Virus record (IMG/VR): IMGVR_UViG_3300031645_000001
Location: 1-50,673 of that record
DNA from: a virus
Lineage: Duplodnaviria; Caudoviricetes
Reading direction: 5' to 3' (one strand)
DNA length: 50,673 bases
Shown: positions 8,233-17,230 of the stretch, piece after piece
Layout: each line of letters opens with the position of its first letter
How positions within the stretch are numbered: the stretch's first letter is position 1
Notes under the pieces: model-generated
Database searches by the model: none
The model's input: the letters and a program-made list of their open reading frames with translations, nothing else
What the model was told of the DNA's origin: nothing
Made by a program: the position numbers and the translations under genes

Positions 8233-9027
8233 ATGAAAGAATTTGGTAAGAAGAAAAGAAAGAATGTTCCTAGAGATGGATATTTAGAGGATAGTACTAA
8301 AGGCAGTAGTCATATGAACCCAGTTAACTATAAAGGTGATGTACTTGTTCAAGTATGGATGGATAGTAGAGTGATAGCTACGCTGAGTAACTGGATAGAA
8401 AGTAAAGGCTTAAGGCCTAGGTTTATGAGTGAGGTGATTAGAGATCCTTTAATGATGCTGGTGGACTTAATAACTGAAAATGGTGAGGTTGAGTTAGTAG
8501 ATAATACAGCTATTGCTAGAGACTTATTGCAAGCTAAGTATAGAATTAATCTAAACCGAGGAGGGAGAGGTAAGAAGAATGCATTGCATAATAGTATATT
8601 GACTGGTAGAAGGGAACAGTTTGGTGCTAGGTTAACCAGTAGTAAAACTAAAGACATATACACACCTGCGACTAAGACTAAGAGTTATATAACTGATGAA
8701 GAGTGGGAACATTACGGTAAGATGAATGCTGAAGCTAAAGAGCAAGAAATGAAAGAAGGTATAGCTAATGCAGTAGCTAGTGGTAAAGCCTCTGAGTATG
8801 TTATGAAAGAAGTTGAGGTAGATAAAGTAATTGAAGCTGAGCCTAAGGTTGAATCTAAACCTGAGTATGTTAGTGTAACAAAGGATGAAGTTGTTATGAA
8901 GGAAGGTGAGCTAGATGAGTTAAGCGAGGAGGAATTTGTAGAGAAGCAGAGGAAGAAAGATGAAGCGAGGATAGCAGCTGAGAATGCACCTGTTGACATT
9001 AGTCAGATGAAATTGGCTAAGGAGTAA
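8233..9027 (+). CDS. Hypothetical protein, possible ribbon-helix-helix-like N-terminal region and acidic tail
   Basis: AGGAGG RBS; VLVQVWMDSRVIATL...MSEVIR pattern; motif copies on both sides. Confidence 0.75.
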   Translation: MKEFGKKKRKNVPRDGYLEDSTKGSSHMNPVNYKGDVLVQVWMDSRVIATLSNWIESKGLRPRFMSEVIRDPLMMLVDLITENGEVELVDNTAIARDLLQAKYRINLNRGGRGKKNALHNSILTGRREQFGARLTSSKTKDIYTPATKTKSYITDEEWEHYGKMNAEAKEQEMKEGIANAVASGKASEYVMKEVEVDKVIEAEPKVESKPEYVSVTKDEVVMKEGELDELSEEEFVEKQRKKDEARIAAENAPVDISQMKLAKE

Positions 9028-9035
9028 TTGATTTA

Positions 9036-9060
9036 TGTTTGTACGGAAATCGAACGAACT
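9036..9060. repeat. 25-bp dyad motif copy 8
   Basis: TGTTTGTACGGAAATCGAACGAACT. Confidence 0.9.
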
Positions 9061-9092
9061 ATTAAATACCACCTAATGAAAGGAGAAGATAT

Positions 9093-9557
9093 ATGAAAAA
9101 TATAGTAGATAGATTTTGGGCTAGAGTAGATATCAAAGGAAAAGATGAGTGCTAGGAGTGGCAAGGATATACAGATCCAGATGGTTATGGTTTTATGTGG
9201 TATGATGGTAGAAATACACGAGCTCATAGATTCTCATATGCAATTAGTATAGGAGATGTAATAGATACATTGATACTACATAAATGCGATAATCCATCTT
9301 GTGTTAATCCTAATCATCTATATGCAGGTACTGCTAAAGATAACGTAAGAGATAGAAATGAAAGAAATCCACTTAACCCGTTTCAATCAGGTTTGGCAAA
9401 ATGTAAACTAAGTGATAAAGATATTAAACTTATAAGGTCTATGAAAGGTCAGCAATCATTAAGAGATATAGCCTATGAATTTAATGTAAGTCATGAAACA
9501 ATTAGAAAAGTACTAATGTCAACTAAATATATGTGCAAAGAAGGTTATTATATATAG
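9093..9557 (+). pseudogene. HNH homing endonuclease with C-terminal HTH, interrupted by in-frame TAG at 9153-9155
   Basis: RBS plus ATG 9093: MKNIVDRFWARVDIKGKDEC*EWQG...GYG...AHRFSY...ILHKCDNPSCVNPNHL; the stop sits at a normally Trp position. Confidence 0.8.
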
Positions 9558-9596
9558 GCAAAATGCGATAGTTTATCATTTATTCTAATTAACTAC

Positions 9597-9625
9597 TTGA
9601 CAAACGGGGTTAGATATGATATGAT
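9597..9625 (+). promoter_or_regulatory. Sigma70-type promoter
   Basis: TTGACA-17 bp-TATGAT with extended -10 TG. Confidence 0.75.
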
Positions 9626-9688
9626 ATGTTATGAAAAATGAATTTGAAACATTTAATCAATAACTAATGAAAGGAGGTGATTTAAACT

Positions 9689-9874
9689 ATGGAACCTACT
9701 AGAAACTTTAGCACTCAAGAAAAACTCGTATTGTTTCTGAGGGAAATGACAGATGGTCGTGAGGATGAAGACTGGGGATGGCAGGAAGGATTCTGCTGTG
9801 GACTAAATGAGGCTGGGATTTTAACTGATAAAGAATTAACTATGACGATAGATGCTATGAAGGAGGTGATTTAA
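9689..9874 (+). CDS. Hypothetical protein
   Basis: AGGAGGTG RBS. Confidence 0.75.
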   Translation: MEPTRNFSTQEKLVLFLREMTDGREDEDWGWQEGFCCGLNEAGILTDKELTMTIDAMKEVI

Positions 9875-9877
9875 ACT

Positions 9878-10075
9878 ATGAAAGAATGGAAAAAGAAAGT
9901 CGTAAGAAGGTATATGGAGGAGGAAAGAAATTTCCCTAATTATAAATTAGATCTTAAAATCTATCCATGTTACTCAGAAAAGTTATTTAACTGCTCTGTA
10001 TATCCTTGTAGAGCATTTGGCAAGCAACTTGTTTATAAACTATTTGATGAACTATTAAATATACCAGGTAGTTAG
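9878..10075 (+). CDS. Hypothetical protein
   Basis: Same 21-nt RBS/start block as the previous gene. Confidence 0.7.
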   Translation: MKEWKKKVVRRYMEEERNFPNYKLDLKIYPCYSEKLFNCSVYPCRAFGKQLVYKLFDELLNIPGS

Positions 10076-10089
10076 GAGATAAATGACTA

Positions 10090-10278
10090 ATGATAAAGTC
10101 AATAATTAATGAGGAGGTTAATAGAAAGCATCTCATCTACCACTCACCTTTGCCACGTAAGAAGCAACGCACTACCATGAGAGCAGAAAGGTGTGGGAAG
10201 GTAGTAGTCTACAATGAGATGCAAGTAGCACTTTATAGGTGTAAATTAGTTTGTTCGAAAATCGGACAGACTGATTAG
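10090..10278 (+). CDS. Hypothetical protein
   Basis: AGGAG RBS, operon context. Confidence 0.55.
   Translation: MIKSIINEEVNRKHLIYHSPLPRKKQRTTMRAERCGKVVVYNEMQVALYRCKLVCSKIGQTD
10248..10272. repeat. 25-bp dyad motif copy 9
   Basis: AGTTTGTTCGAAAATCGGACAGACT. Confidence 0.85.
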
Positions 10279-10316
10279 GGCCATCAAAACAAAAAAAGGA
10301 GGTGAAACTAAACTAA

Positions 10317-10670
10317 ATGACTACTTTAAAGATATTACGATTTACAGGGCATGTGACTCAAATTGAGGACTGTTGGCAGAAGTCAGTAGCTTCCTTTTGT
10401 TCCTTGTCATGCTTCAACGAAGATCTTGCTTACATTCTAAGGGAAATTCCTCAAAGAAAACTACGCCACTGGGTATTTGGATTTACTAAAGATCAGTTTG
10501 TTCAAGCATGTAAAGGATTTAAAACGGCTTCTAAATTCTGTACTTACAAAGATATTTTAAACTGGTCAAATCAATCAGAACTTAAAGTATATAGAATTAA
10601 TGAAAAGCACATGTTTATATTTGAAGATCAAGTTCTATTCGATAAGCGTAAGGAGGTGAAACCAAAGTGA
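10317..10670 (+). CDS. Hypothetical protein
   Basis: AGGAGGTG RBS. Confidence 0.75.
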   Translation: MTTLKILRFTGHVTQIEDCWQKSVASFCSLSCFNEDLAYILREIPQRKLRHWVFGFTKDQFVQACKGFKTASKFCTYKDILNWSNQSELKVYRINEKHMFIFEDQVLFDKRKEVKPK

Positions 10671-10849
10671 AATGTCCTAATTGTAACGCTAACAATGACC
10701 ACGTAGTTGACACTCGTTCTACTAGCGATGATGAAATTAGCCGCAGGCGTGAGTGCTTAACTTGTGGCTTTAGATGGAATACTAAGGAGGTCTTCGATGG
10801 AAGCAAACGAAAGTATAGAAGAAAAGAAAAGGCAAAGAGAATCACTTAA
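10667..10849 (+). CDS. NrdR-like zinc-ribbon protein without ATP-cone
   Basis: KCPNC...VVDTR...RRRECLTCGFRWNTKE matches the NrdR N-terminal signature. Confidence 0.75.
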   Translation: MKCPNCNANNDHVVDTRSTSDDEISRRRECLTCGFRWNTKEVFDGSKRKYRRKEKAKRIT

Positions 10850-11108
10850 CATTAAACTTAAACAACTGCATAAAGTAAGAATTGAAGCTCTCAATGCTTA
10901 TCATATAATAAATGAGAGATATTCAGACACTAAAGCTGAATATGAAGTACTTGACTATGAAATAGCTATGTCAGTGCGAACTATCTTGCCACCTGCAGGA
11001 ACTACCAAGAAGACACCTAAATCGCCTGAACTTTCAGTCGAGCAGATAATAAATATAGCTGATCGCCTTGGGATTCAGATAACTGTTAAATCAGAAGGAG
11101 AGAAATAA
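10764..11108 (+). CDS. Hypothetical coiled-coil protein (true start probably ATG 10797)
   Basis: AGGAGG precedes MEANES. Confidence 0.7.
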   Translation: MALDGILRRSSMEANESIEEKKRQRESLNIKLKQLHKVRIEALNAYHIINERYSDTKAEYEVLDYEIAMSVRTILPPAGTTKKTPKSPELSVEQIINIADRLGIQITVKSEGEK

Positions 11109-11111
11109 ATT

Positions 11112-11273
11112 ATGGGACTTTACGTCTTGGCAATTCTCCAATTGTGTCGCAGATGGTGGTTTGCCTTAGTAATAGGAGTAATACTTTGGTACTGCATTTA
11201 TCAGTTTGCAATAAATGTAGATGGTTACTTGACAACTCAACTTAGTTGGTATAGAACTAATCTTGGAATTTAA
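11112..11273 (+). CDS. Small membrane protein (53 aa; not in the ORF track)
   Basis: AAGGAG RBS; MGLYVLAILQLCRRWWFALVIGVILWYCIYQF... Confidence 0.6.
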   Translation: MGLYVLAILQLCRRWWFALVIGVILWYCIYQFAINVDGYLTTQLSWYRTNLGI

Positions 11274-11291
11274 GGAGGTAAATTAACTATT

Positions 11292-11852
11292 ATGTACAAA
11301 GTAGAAAAAACTTGGCGATCTATCGACTATCCATGTGTAGTTGTAATGAGTTCACTTGGACACAGATGTGGTTATGTAGGCATTCCGCCTACTCATCCAC
11401 TTTATAATGTAGCATACGATAAAACTACATACAAACTTCAATCTTACTGGGATATGATACAGGGGCAAAGAAAAGTAAGTATTAAATGTCTACAAGATAA
11501 CCTTGGGATAATAGGTACTTTCCTTTTTATGTGTGGGAGTAATAAACTTACTCCTGGAACAAATCTAGGTATCCATGGAGGGGTGACTTACTCAGATAAC
11601 AAAGATAATTATCCATCAACTATCCAAGACCATTGGTGGTTCGGCTATGATTGTGCTCATTTAGATGATGCTAAAGATTTGTCTGTTGTAAGTGATCAAA
11701 TAAGAGAGTTAGAAGAAAAGTATCCAACTGGTGGAGTTATTAGATCACTTAATTATTGTTTTTATGAGTGTGTAAAGCTTGCAGATCAACTACGTGAGAT
11801 AGAAACTAATTATAATATAAGAAGAGAAATCTTGTTTAGATCTTTTCAATAA
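11292..11852 (+). CDS. Conserved phage hypothetical protein
   Basis: GHRCGYVG...HGGVTY...WWFGYDCAH motifs common in phage early proteins. Confidence 0.8.
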   Translation: MYKVEKTWRSIDYPCVVVMSSLGHRCGYVGIPPTHPLYNVAYDKTTYKLQSYWDMIQGQRKVSIKCLQDNLGIIGTFLFMCGSNKLTPGTNLGIHGGVTYSDNKDNYPSTIQDHWWFGYDCAHLDDAKDLSVVSDQIRELEEKYPTGGVIRSLNYCFYECVKLADQLREIETNYNIRREILFRSFQ

Positions 11853-11994
11853 GGAGATAAGTAACTATAAAAGTTAAAAATAAACAAGACTACAACAAGA
11901 AGATGAAAGCTCGTAAGCGTAAACCTAGGAAACTGAAAAAGAGGGAAAATAGACAAAGTCGCTAATTAAATGTACCAAAAGGAGATAAGTAACT

Positions 11995-12129
11995 ATGAAA
12001 TGCATAAGACACTATGTAAATGAAAAGGATGTCAGACGAGTCAGCGATAAAAAAGCTGAAAAACTTGTATCTATAGGGTACTACAAATACTGTCCGAAAA
12101 AGATTTTTAAGAGACTAAATAAGAGGTAA
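11995..12129 (+). CDS. Small basic protein (44 aa; not in the ORF track)
   Basis: AAGGAG RBS; MKCIRHYVNEKDVRRVSDKKAEKLV... Confidence 0.6.
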   Translation: MKCIRHYVNEKDVRRVSDKKAEKLVSIGYYKYCPKKIFKRLNKR

Positions 12130-12173
12130 ATAGACAATTGTACACGCTTGACTAAAATGTACCAAATATTACC

Positions 12174-12202
12174 TTGCAATTCATATGTAGATGTGTTATA
12201 AT
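12174..12202 (+). promoter_or_regulatory. Sigma70-type promoter
   Basis: TTGCAA-17 bp-TATAAT with extended -10 TG. Confidence 0.75.
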
Positions 12203-12269
12203 CACTTTACTTGGTCGGAAACCAATCCATTCTTTAACTCAACTTTAAACAATCTAGGAGGTATTAACT

Positions 12270-12650
12270 ATGCCAGTAAAATTAAGTATAACAGCACAGG
12301 TTCCAGCGAATAAAGCTAAGAATACACCTCAGTTAGGTCCATGTACTGTGTCAGTAGACACAGGGAAAGATGCAAAAGAATCTATTGCCCTGTTCGGCGA
12401 TGAAGCGGTTAAAAGCAACTCCGACGCTAACTGGATAGTAACACTTCAGTCCAACATTAGAGCTGGCTTGAAGAAAGGTGAAACTCAGGATCAAATCCAA
12501 GCCCGCCTCGTCACTGCCAAAATGGGAATAGCTGCAAAAGGTGTCAAAGTTGACCCTGTCCAGGCTTACCTTGCACAGTTTGGTTCTGCTACACCAGAGA
12601 AGCAAAAAGAAATGCTCGCTGAACTTCAAAAGCGAGCAGCCAAGAAGTAA
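12270..12650 (+). CDS. Small basic protein, possibly DNA-binding
   Basis: AGGAGG RBS, own promoter and terminator, Lys/Ala rich. Confidence 0.85.
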   Translation: MPVKLSITAQVPANKAKNTPQLGPCTVSVDTGKDAKESIALFGDEAVKSNSDANWIVTLQSNIRAGLKKGETQDQIQARLVTAKMGIAAKGVKVDPVQAYLAQFGSATPEKQKEMLAELQKRAAKK

Positions 12651-12673
12651 TCTGCCATATTACTTCACTCCTC

Positions 12674-12715
12674 GGTGTTCTGAGTACTTCCGACCTACTC
12701 AGAATACCTTTTTTT
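12674..12715 (+). terminator. Rho-independent terminator
   Basis: GGTGTTCTGAGTA...TACTCAGAATACC stem followed by T7. Confidence 0.85.
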
Positions 12716-12754
12716 GATTCTAATTAAATTTGGTACAGTGAGGTAATTATTATT

Positions 12755-12779
12755 AGTTCGTACGATAATCGAACAATCA
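12755..12779. repeat. 25-bp dyad motif copy 10
   Basis: AGTTCGTACGATAATCGAACAATCA. Confidence 0.9.
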
Positions 12780-12802
12780 AATAACGAAAGGAGAATAAGA
12801 AG

Positions 12803-13039
12803 ATGAAAGTAAGTTCAATAAGTGTATTTAATGAAGAAGGTGGTCCTCTGGCTCACATCAAAAATTTAGACAAAGAGGATACATGGCCTGTTACACTAAA
12901 TATCACTAATAATATAAAAGATTCTTATATTGGACCTTCAATAACCTTCTACATGACTATCCCTGAACTAATCCAGTTTAAAAATTCCTTCCTTGGATCT
13001 TTCAACAAAGTTATGAAAGAGGCTGACTATGACCGCTAA
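12803..13039 (+). CDS. Hypothetical protein
   Basis: AAGGAG RBS. Confidence 0.75.
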   Translation: MKVSSISVFNEEGGPLAHIKNLDKEDTWPVTLNITNNIKDSYIGPSITFYMTIPELIQFKNSFLGSFNKVMKEADYDR

Positions 13040-13880
13040 ATGGCAGCGTTGGAAGAACATCATGAAAGCGCACCCTTTCGAAGAAAAACGTCTTGCAAAG
13101 TGGCAGCCACCATATATCTGTCAGCCTAAATATGACGGCTGGAGGTGTCGAGCTATTCCAACTGAAAGTGGATACTTACTACTTAGCAGTGAAGAAAACA
13201 TTTTCTATTCAGTACCTCATATAAATGAAGCATTAAATTCTTGCGGCTTTGGTGTTGAACTAGATGGTGAACTTTACTGTCATGGTATGAAGTTTGAACA
13301 GATTAGTAGCATAGTTGGCAGATCTATTAACTTACACCAAGACTATAAACAAATACAATTTCATATCTTTGATATAGTTAATAAAGACCCACAAATGGCT
13401 AGAGTATTAAGTATTGATAAACTCAAGGGACTCAATTCCTATATTAAAGTATCTCCATTTTGGTTAGCTAATTCATTAGATGGAGTTAAGTCTATTTATG
13501 ATAAGATCATAGATCTTAATTATGAAGGAATCATTATAAGACATATCTACTCAACTTATGAAACTAAACGCTCAACATACCTTATGAAATTTAAACCTAA
13601 AAAACAAGACACTTACACCATTGTAGGTTGGAATGAAGAAGTCTCAATGAGTGGAGTACCTAAAGGTCGTATAGGTTCACTAATTATGTCTTCGCAGACT
13701 GGAGATGAGTTTGCAGTAAGTGCTGGATTAGATGGTAATGAAAAAGCTAGACTATGGAAGATTAGACACGAAATAGCAGGCCTTTCAGCTATCGTTCACT
13801 ATCAGCACATGAATAACAAAAAGATACCTAAAGGAACTTTTAACGTGGAGGTGATTAAAGATGAAAATGATAATAGATGA
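13029..13880 (+). CDS. lig: ATP-dependent DNA ligase (minimal type)
   Basis: KYDGWR motif I, ELDGELY, FHIFDI, EGIIIR, LMKFKP, C-terminal OB fold. Confidence 0.92.
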   Translation: MTAKWQRWKNIMKAHPFEEKRLAKWQPPYICQPKYDGWRCRAIPTESGYLLLSSEENIFYSVPHINEALNSCGFGVELDGELYCHGMKFEQISSIVGRSINLHQDYKQIQFHIFDIVNKDPQMARVLSIDKLKGLNSYIKVSPFWLANSLDGVKSIYDKIIDLNYEGIIIRHIYSTYETKRSTYLMKFKPKKQDTYTIVGWNEEVSMSGVPKGRIGSLIMSSQTGDEFAVSAGLDGNEKARLWKIRHEIAGLSAIVHYQHMNNKKIPKGTFNVEVIKDENDNR

Positions 13881-14121
13881 TATACTAAAACAAATAGAAG
13901 AACTAAAACCTGGAGACACACAGTCATTTATAGCTTCTCACATACTAATGTTAGCTGTCCACACCAAAGCATTAGCTTGTCATAGTGAATGTTTAGGAAT
14001 GAATGCTGAGAATGCTATATCTTGCTGTGAAAATGGAGTTCCTCCTTTTAATCAAGCATCTTACTTCGAAGTTATGCAAAAGTGGGAAATGGTAGATGAG
14101 AAAGGAGAAGTTATTATATGA
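13861..14121 (+). CDS. Hypothetical protein
   Basis: GGAGG RBS, operon context. Confidence 0.7.
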   Translation: MKMIIDDILKQIEELKPGDTQSFIASHILMLAVHTKALACHSECLGMNAENAISCCENGVPPFNQASYFEVMQKWEMVDEKGEVII

Positions 14122-14666
14122 AAAGGTCAGATCTAATAATGGATGATTTTATAGGAGAAGGAAATCCTTCTTCACGTGAAAAACTATTAAAGTGCTCAAG
14201 AATAATTCTTAGAAATAGGAATAGATTCTATTGCAAAGTATGTAAATCTAATATTACAGATAATGGCTGTACGTTCTGTGATAAAACAGAAGGTAGAAAT
14301 CCACCGAAGGAGGTAACGACTATGAACAAGGAAAAAGACACAACAACTGACAATCAAGCTGCCTACAAAGTATCTCACAAGTTCTACATCGCAGGTGTAC
14401 AATACCACCAGTTGCATAAAGTCCTCGACGGACTTGAAGTAGACCAACATATGCAATTAGTTCCTGAACCTACAAACAAGTATGATCCTAACGCTGTGCG
14501 CATTGAGTTTAAAGACACTATGTGTGGCTACTGCCCAAAGAAATTTAGCTCTGAAGTATGTGCTTCTATTGCTATTGGATGCTCTTTAAAATGCATAGTA
14601 GTCGAACTTAACAAGCTAGCGAAACCCTGGGAGATGTGCAAAGTTGAAATTAGGGAGGTAACCTAA
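14118..14666 (+). CDS. HIRAN-domain protein with N-terminal zinc ribbon (internal start at 14322)
   Basis: FYIAGVQYH...LVPEPTNKYDPNAVRI...GYCPK; AGGAGG before the in-frame ATG 14322. Confidence 0.85.
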   Translation: MKRSDLIMDDFIGEGNPSSREKLLKCSRIILRNRNRFYCKVCKSNITDNGCTFCDKTEGRNPPKEVTTMNKEKDTTTDNQAAYKVSHKFYIAGVQYHQLHKVLDGLEVDQHMQLVPEPTNKYDPNAVRIEFKDTMCGYCPKKFSSEVCASIAIGCSLKCIVVELNKLAKPWEMCKVEIREVT

Positions 14667-15035
14667 ATGAAAATAATCTACTGCTCTGTCTGTGGAACTC
14701 CTCTACCAGTAATCCGTAAGGCTGTAAAAGCCTATGGTAGAATAGTGGACATAATAGACCCTCATGAATGTGTAGATCCACCTGTACCTTTTGACTTAGA
14801 CCCACTCATCGTTCCTGAGTATACTGAGGAAACTGAGGAAAAAAGAAAGTTTGTACAAAATTTGGATAATCTAAGACCTTCAACAGTAAGCACCGCTGAC
14901 CTACGTGATAGAAGGAAGGAGCAAGATGTTAAATCATCTGCTCCATCTTCTCTCGTCGACAGCATTAAAGACCTAATGCCCAGCAGTCCAGAACATGAGC
15001 TTACTAACGGCAATTTTGAAGGGAATGAGTTATGA
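14667..15035 (+). CDS. Hypothetical zinc-binding protein
   Basis: CSVCG...HEC; GGAGG RBS. Confidence 0.75.
   Translation: MKIIYCSVCGTPLPVIRKAVKAYGRIVDIIDPHECVDPPVPFDLDPLIVPEYTEETEEKRKFVQNLDNLRPSTVSTADLRDRRKEQDVKSSAPSSLVDSIKDLMPSSPEHELTNGNFEGNEL
14848..14872. repeat. 25-bp dyad motif copy 11 (intragenic)
   Basis: AGTTTGTACAAAATTTGGATAATCT. Confidence 0.7.
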
Positions 15036-15325
15036 AAAAGAACGTCTTTATAGTAAATAAGTCATCGCATGACTTTTCTGCAGCGAGGAACTATGGAGAT
15101 GTAATCTTTCTCAGTGAAGGACCTATGAATCGTTATTCTACCAACAACATGATGAGAGTCTTTACTGAACGTATGAAAGATTCTACAGAAGAAGACTACA
15201 TAGTTCCTTGCTCTTTAAACGTCATGAATAGCATAGCTTGTGCAATTTTCGCTCATAAACATAGCAAACTCAACTTATTACTCTTTAAAAATGGAAACTA
15301 TATCGAAAGGAATCATATCTTATGA
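15032..15325 (+). CDS. Conserved phage hypothetical protein
   Basis: VFIVN...HDFSAARNYGDVIFL pattern; ATGA overlap. Confidence 0.75.
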   Translation: MKKNVFIVNKSSHDFSAARNYGDVIFLSEGPMNRYSTNNMMRVFTERMKDSTEEDYIVPCSLNVMNSIACAIFAHKHSKLNLLLFKNGNYIERNHIL

Positions 15326-15352
15326 AAGGGATCTACGATAAGTATTTAGGAG

Positions 15353-15688
15353 GTGATTAACTTGTATCGACTAAAGCTAACTACCACTGATGGTAGAACT
15401 ATCCTTGGCCTTTTCGTCCATAACTCAGATCGAATTCTCATGGAAAGAAAAGTTAGGAAAACGTCTTGGATGCTTCCTAGAAATAAAAAAGGTGAAATCA
15501 TAGGTGCTGCTAATCTTGAGTTCATCAAAGTAAAAAGTTATCCTAAGTCTGCTATCTACAAATCAGATGCAGCCTACTGGGATCATGAAGAGTTACTATT
15601 AAATAAACTTAATAAACTAATGGAGGATTGGAAGCCTTATGATTACAGAGAGAACATTGAAGAAATGGAGGAAGGAAGCACTACTTGA
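15353..15688 (+). CDS. Hypothetical protein
   Basis: AGGAGG RBS (start may be TTG 15362). Confidence 0.65.
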   Translation: MINLYRLKLTTTDGRTILGLFVHNSDRILMERKVRKTSWMLPRNKKGEIIGAANLEFIKVKSYPKSAIYKSDAAYWDHEELLLNKLNKLMEDWKPYDYRENIEEMEEGSTT

Positions 15689-15824
15689 AAATAGTGACTA
15701 TGCTAATCTACCACCTGATGCAAAAGATCATAATGCACTTGTGTATATAAATGAGTTACATAGTCGCATTCTTCGTATGACTCAAGAATTAATGGACTTA
15801 CATTTAATAAAGAGAGGAAAATAA
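15639..15824 (+). CDS. Hypothetical protein
   Basis: GGAGG RBS. Confidence 0.65.
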   Translation: MITERTLKKWRKEALLENSDYANLPPDAKDHNALVYINELHSRILRMTQELMDLHLIKRGK

Positions 15825-15825
15825 G

Positions 15826-16827
15826 ATGCTAATCCCCTACCACCCTACGTGGGACATAAAAGATTCATCTAAACTAGACACCTCCATCGAGTGTCTACGG
15901 CAATACTTCTTTCGTTACCTTCTCGGCTGGCGTCCTGATTATCCTGAACATGACCTTTACTTCGGTCAAGCTTGGCATCTCGCTCGTGAATACCAACTAC
16001 TAAACGGCTACCAAGATTTCCAAGGCGCTTATCAAGTATTTGAAGAATACTACCGCAAGGAATTTCCACCTGAAGGCGACGAACTCTACAAACCTAAAAC
16101 TCCAACAGGTGTACTAAACGCTCTGATGGAATTTGAAGCTCAATACTCTCGTGACTTAACTGACAATGAAGTAGTTGAAATAGACGGTGTTAAGATGACT
16201 GAAATTTCAGGCACTGTACCTATTGACGAAAATCGTACAATCTGCTATCGAATGGACTCTGTAATGAGGAGATTGGAAGATGGCAAGATCTTCTCCTGGG
16301 ATCATAAAACTACTCACGAAAAGTATCTATTAGGTCGACAGTGGTCTGAGAACTTTCACTTAAGTTTCCAGAATGGTACTTACACTCACTGCCTTTACTG
16401 TATGTTTCCTATTGAGCAAGTCTTAGGCATCGAATTCTGTGGTGTAGGTTTTACGTTCCTAAAGCGTGGATCTAAGAATCGTCCAGCAGGCTACCATGCT
16501 TCACTACGTAGAGTCCCTGCCTTTAAAACTCCTGAGCAAATGAATACTTGGCTCTGGACTATTAACAATCAGATGGATATACTAGACCGTGAGATGGATC
16601 GTCTCTCACATTGTAAGGAAGGTGACAGCGTCTTAATGGCGTTCCCTATGAACCCTAAGGCTTGCACAAACTATCGAGGCTGTCCCTTCCACGACTATTG
16701 CCTAGCATGGCAAAATCCACTACAACATTGCTACGAACCACCTATTGGTTTTAGAATTGAGTTCTGGAATCCAATGGAGCAGGATACTAGAAATAGAAAA
16801 GACCTTGAATGGAAAGGAGATAATTAA
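15826..16827 (+). CDS. PD-(D/E)XK exonuclease (Cas4/AddB/RecB-like)
   Basis: YRMD...WDHKT, Q..Y motif, C-terminal C..YRGCPFHDYC. Confidence 0.85.
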   Translation: MLIPYHPTWDIKDSSKLDTSIECLRQYFFRYLLGWRPDYPEHDLYFGQAWHLAREYQLLNGYQDFQGAYQVFEEYYRKEFPPEGDELYKPKTPTGVLNALMEFEAQYSRDLTDNEVVEIDGVKMTEISGTVPIDENRTICYRMDSVMRRLEDGKIFSWDHKTTHEKYLLGRQWSENFHLSFQNGTYTHCLYCMFPIEQVLGIEFCGVGFTFLKRGSKNRPAGYHASLRRVPAFKTPEQMNTWLWTINNQMDILDREMDRLSHCKEGDSVLMAFPMNPKACTNYRGCPFHDYCLAWQNPLQHCYEPPIGFRIEFWNPMEQDTRNRKDLEWKGDN

Positions 16828-17060
16828 TGTTTAGTAAACAAGAGAAGATAGAAATAGCTCAAAAAGTTGAAGAGTTATTACTAAGTTACAATCACCCAGA
16901 GATGCCAAAGGAAAAGCCTAATTTCTCTCTCCAAGTAAATGGAAAGCATAATTGGTCTTGGGCTGAAATACTTCCAAATTGGCACTATGAAAATAAGGAA
17001 CCATCTATTAATCCTTGGAATGAAGGAGTTAGAGAAAGAATGAAGGAGAGAGATAGCTAA
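16827..17060 (+). CDS. Hypothetical protein
   Basis: TAATG coupling, RBS. Confidence 0.7.
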   Translation: MFSKQEKIEIAQKVEELLLSYNHPEMPKEKPNFSLQVNGKHNWSWAEILPNWHYENKEPSINPWNEGVRERMKERDS

Positions 17061-17230
17061 TGCTAACACTTGAAAATACACTAAAGCTAATCAACGACTT
17101 AAAAAGACCTGATCAAGAGTTCTACGTTGAAGATCAATGGGGAAGACTTTACGAGGTAGAAGATGTCAGAATCTCAGATGATATGTTGATAGTTGACATT
17201 GACTTTATTGAATCAAAGGGGAGTAACTAA
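17060..17230 (+). CDS. Hypothetical protein (56 aa; not in the ORF track)
   Basis: TAATG overlaps at both ends; MLTLENTLKLINDLKRPDQEFYVEDQWG... Confidence 0.7.
   Translation: MLTLENTLKLINDLKRPDQEFYVEDQWGRLYEVEDVRISDDMLIVDIDFIESKGSN

Noticed and set aside
9153-9155. TAG stop-codon reassignment
   Set aside because: Single case; TAG ends terL, the capsid gene and others, and no suppressor tRNA is seen.
15826-16827. CRISPR-associated Cas4
   Set aside because: No array or other cas genes; it sits in an exonuclease-ATPase-SSB recombination module.
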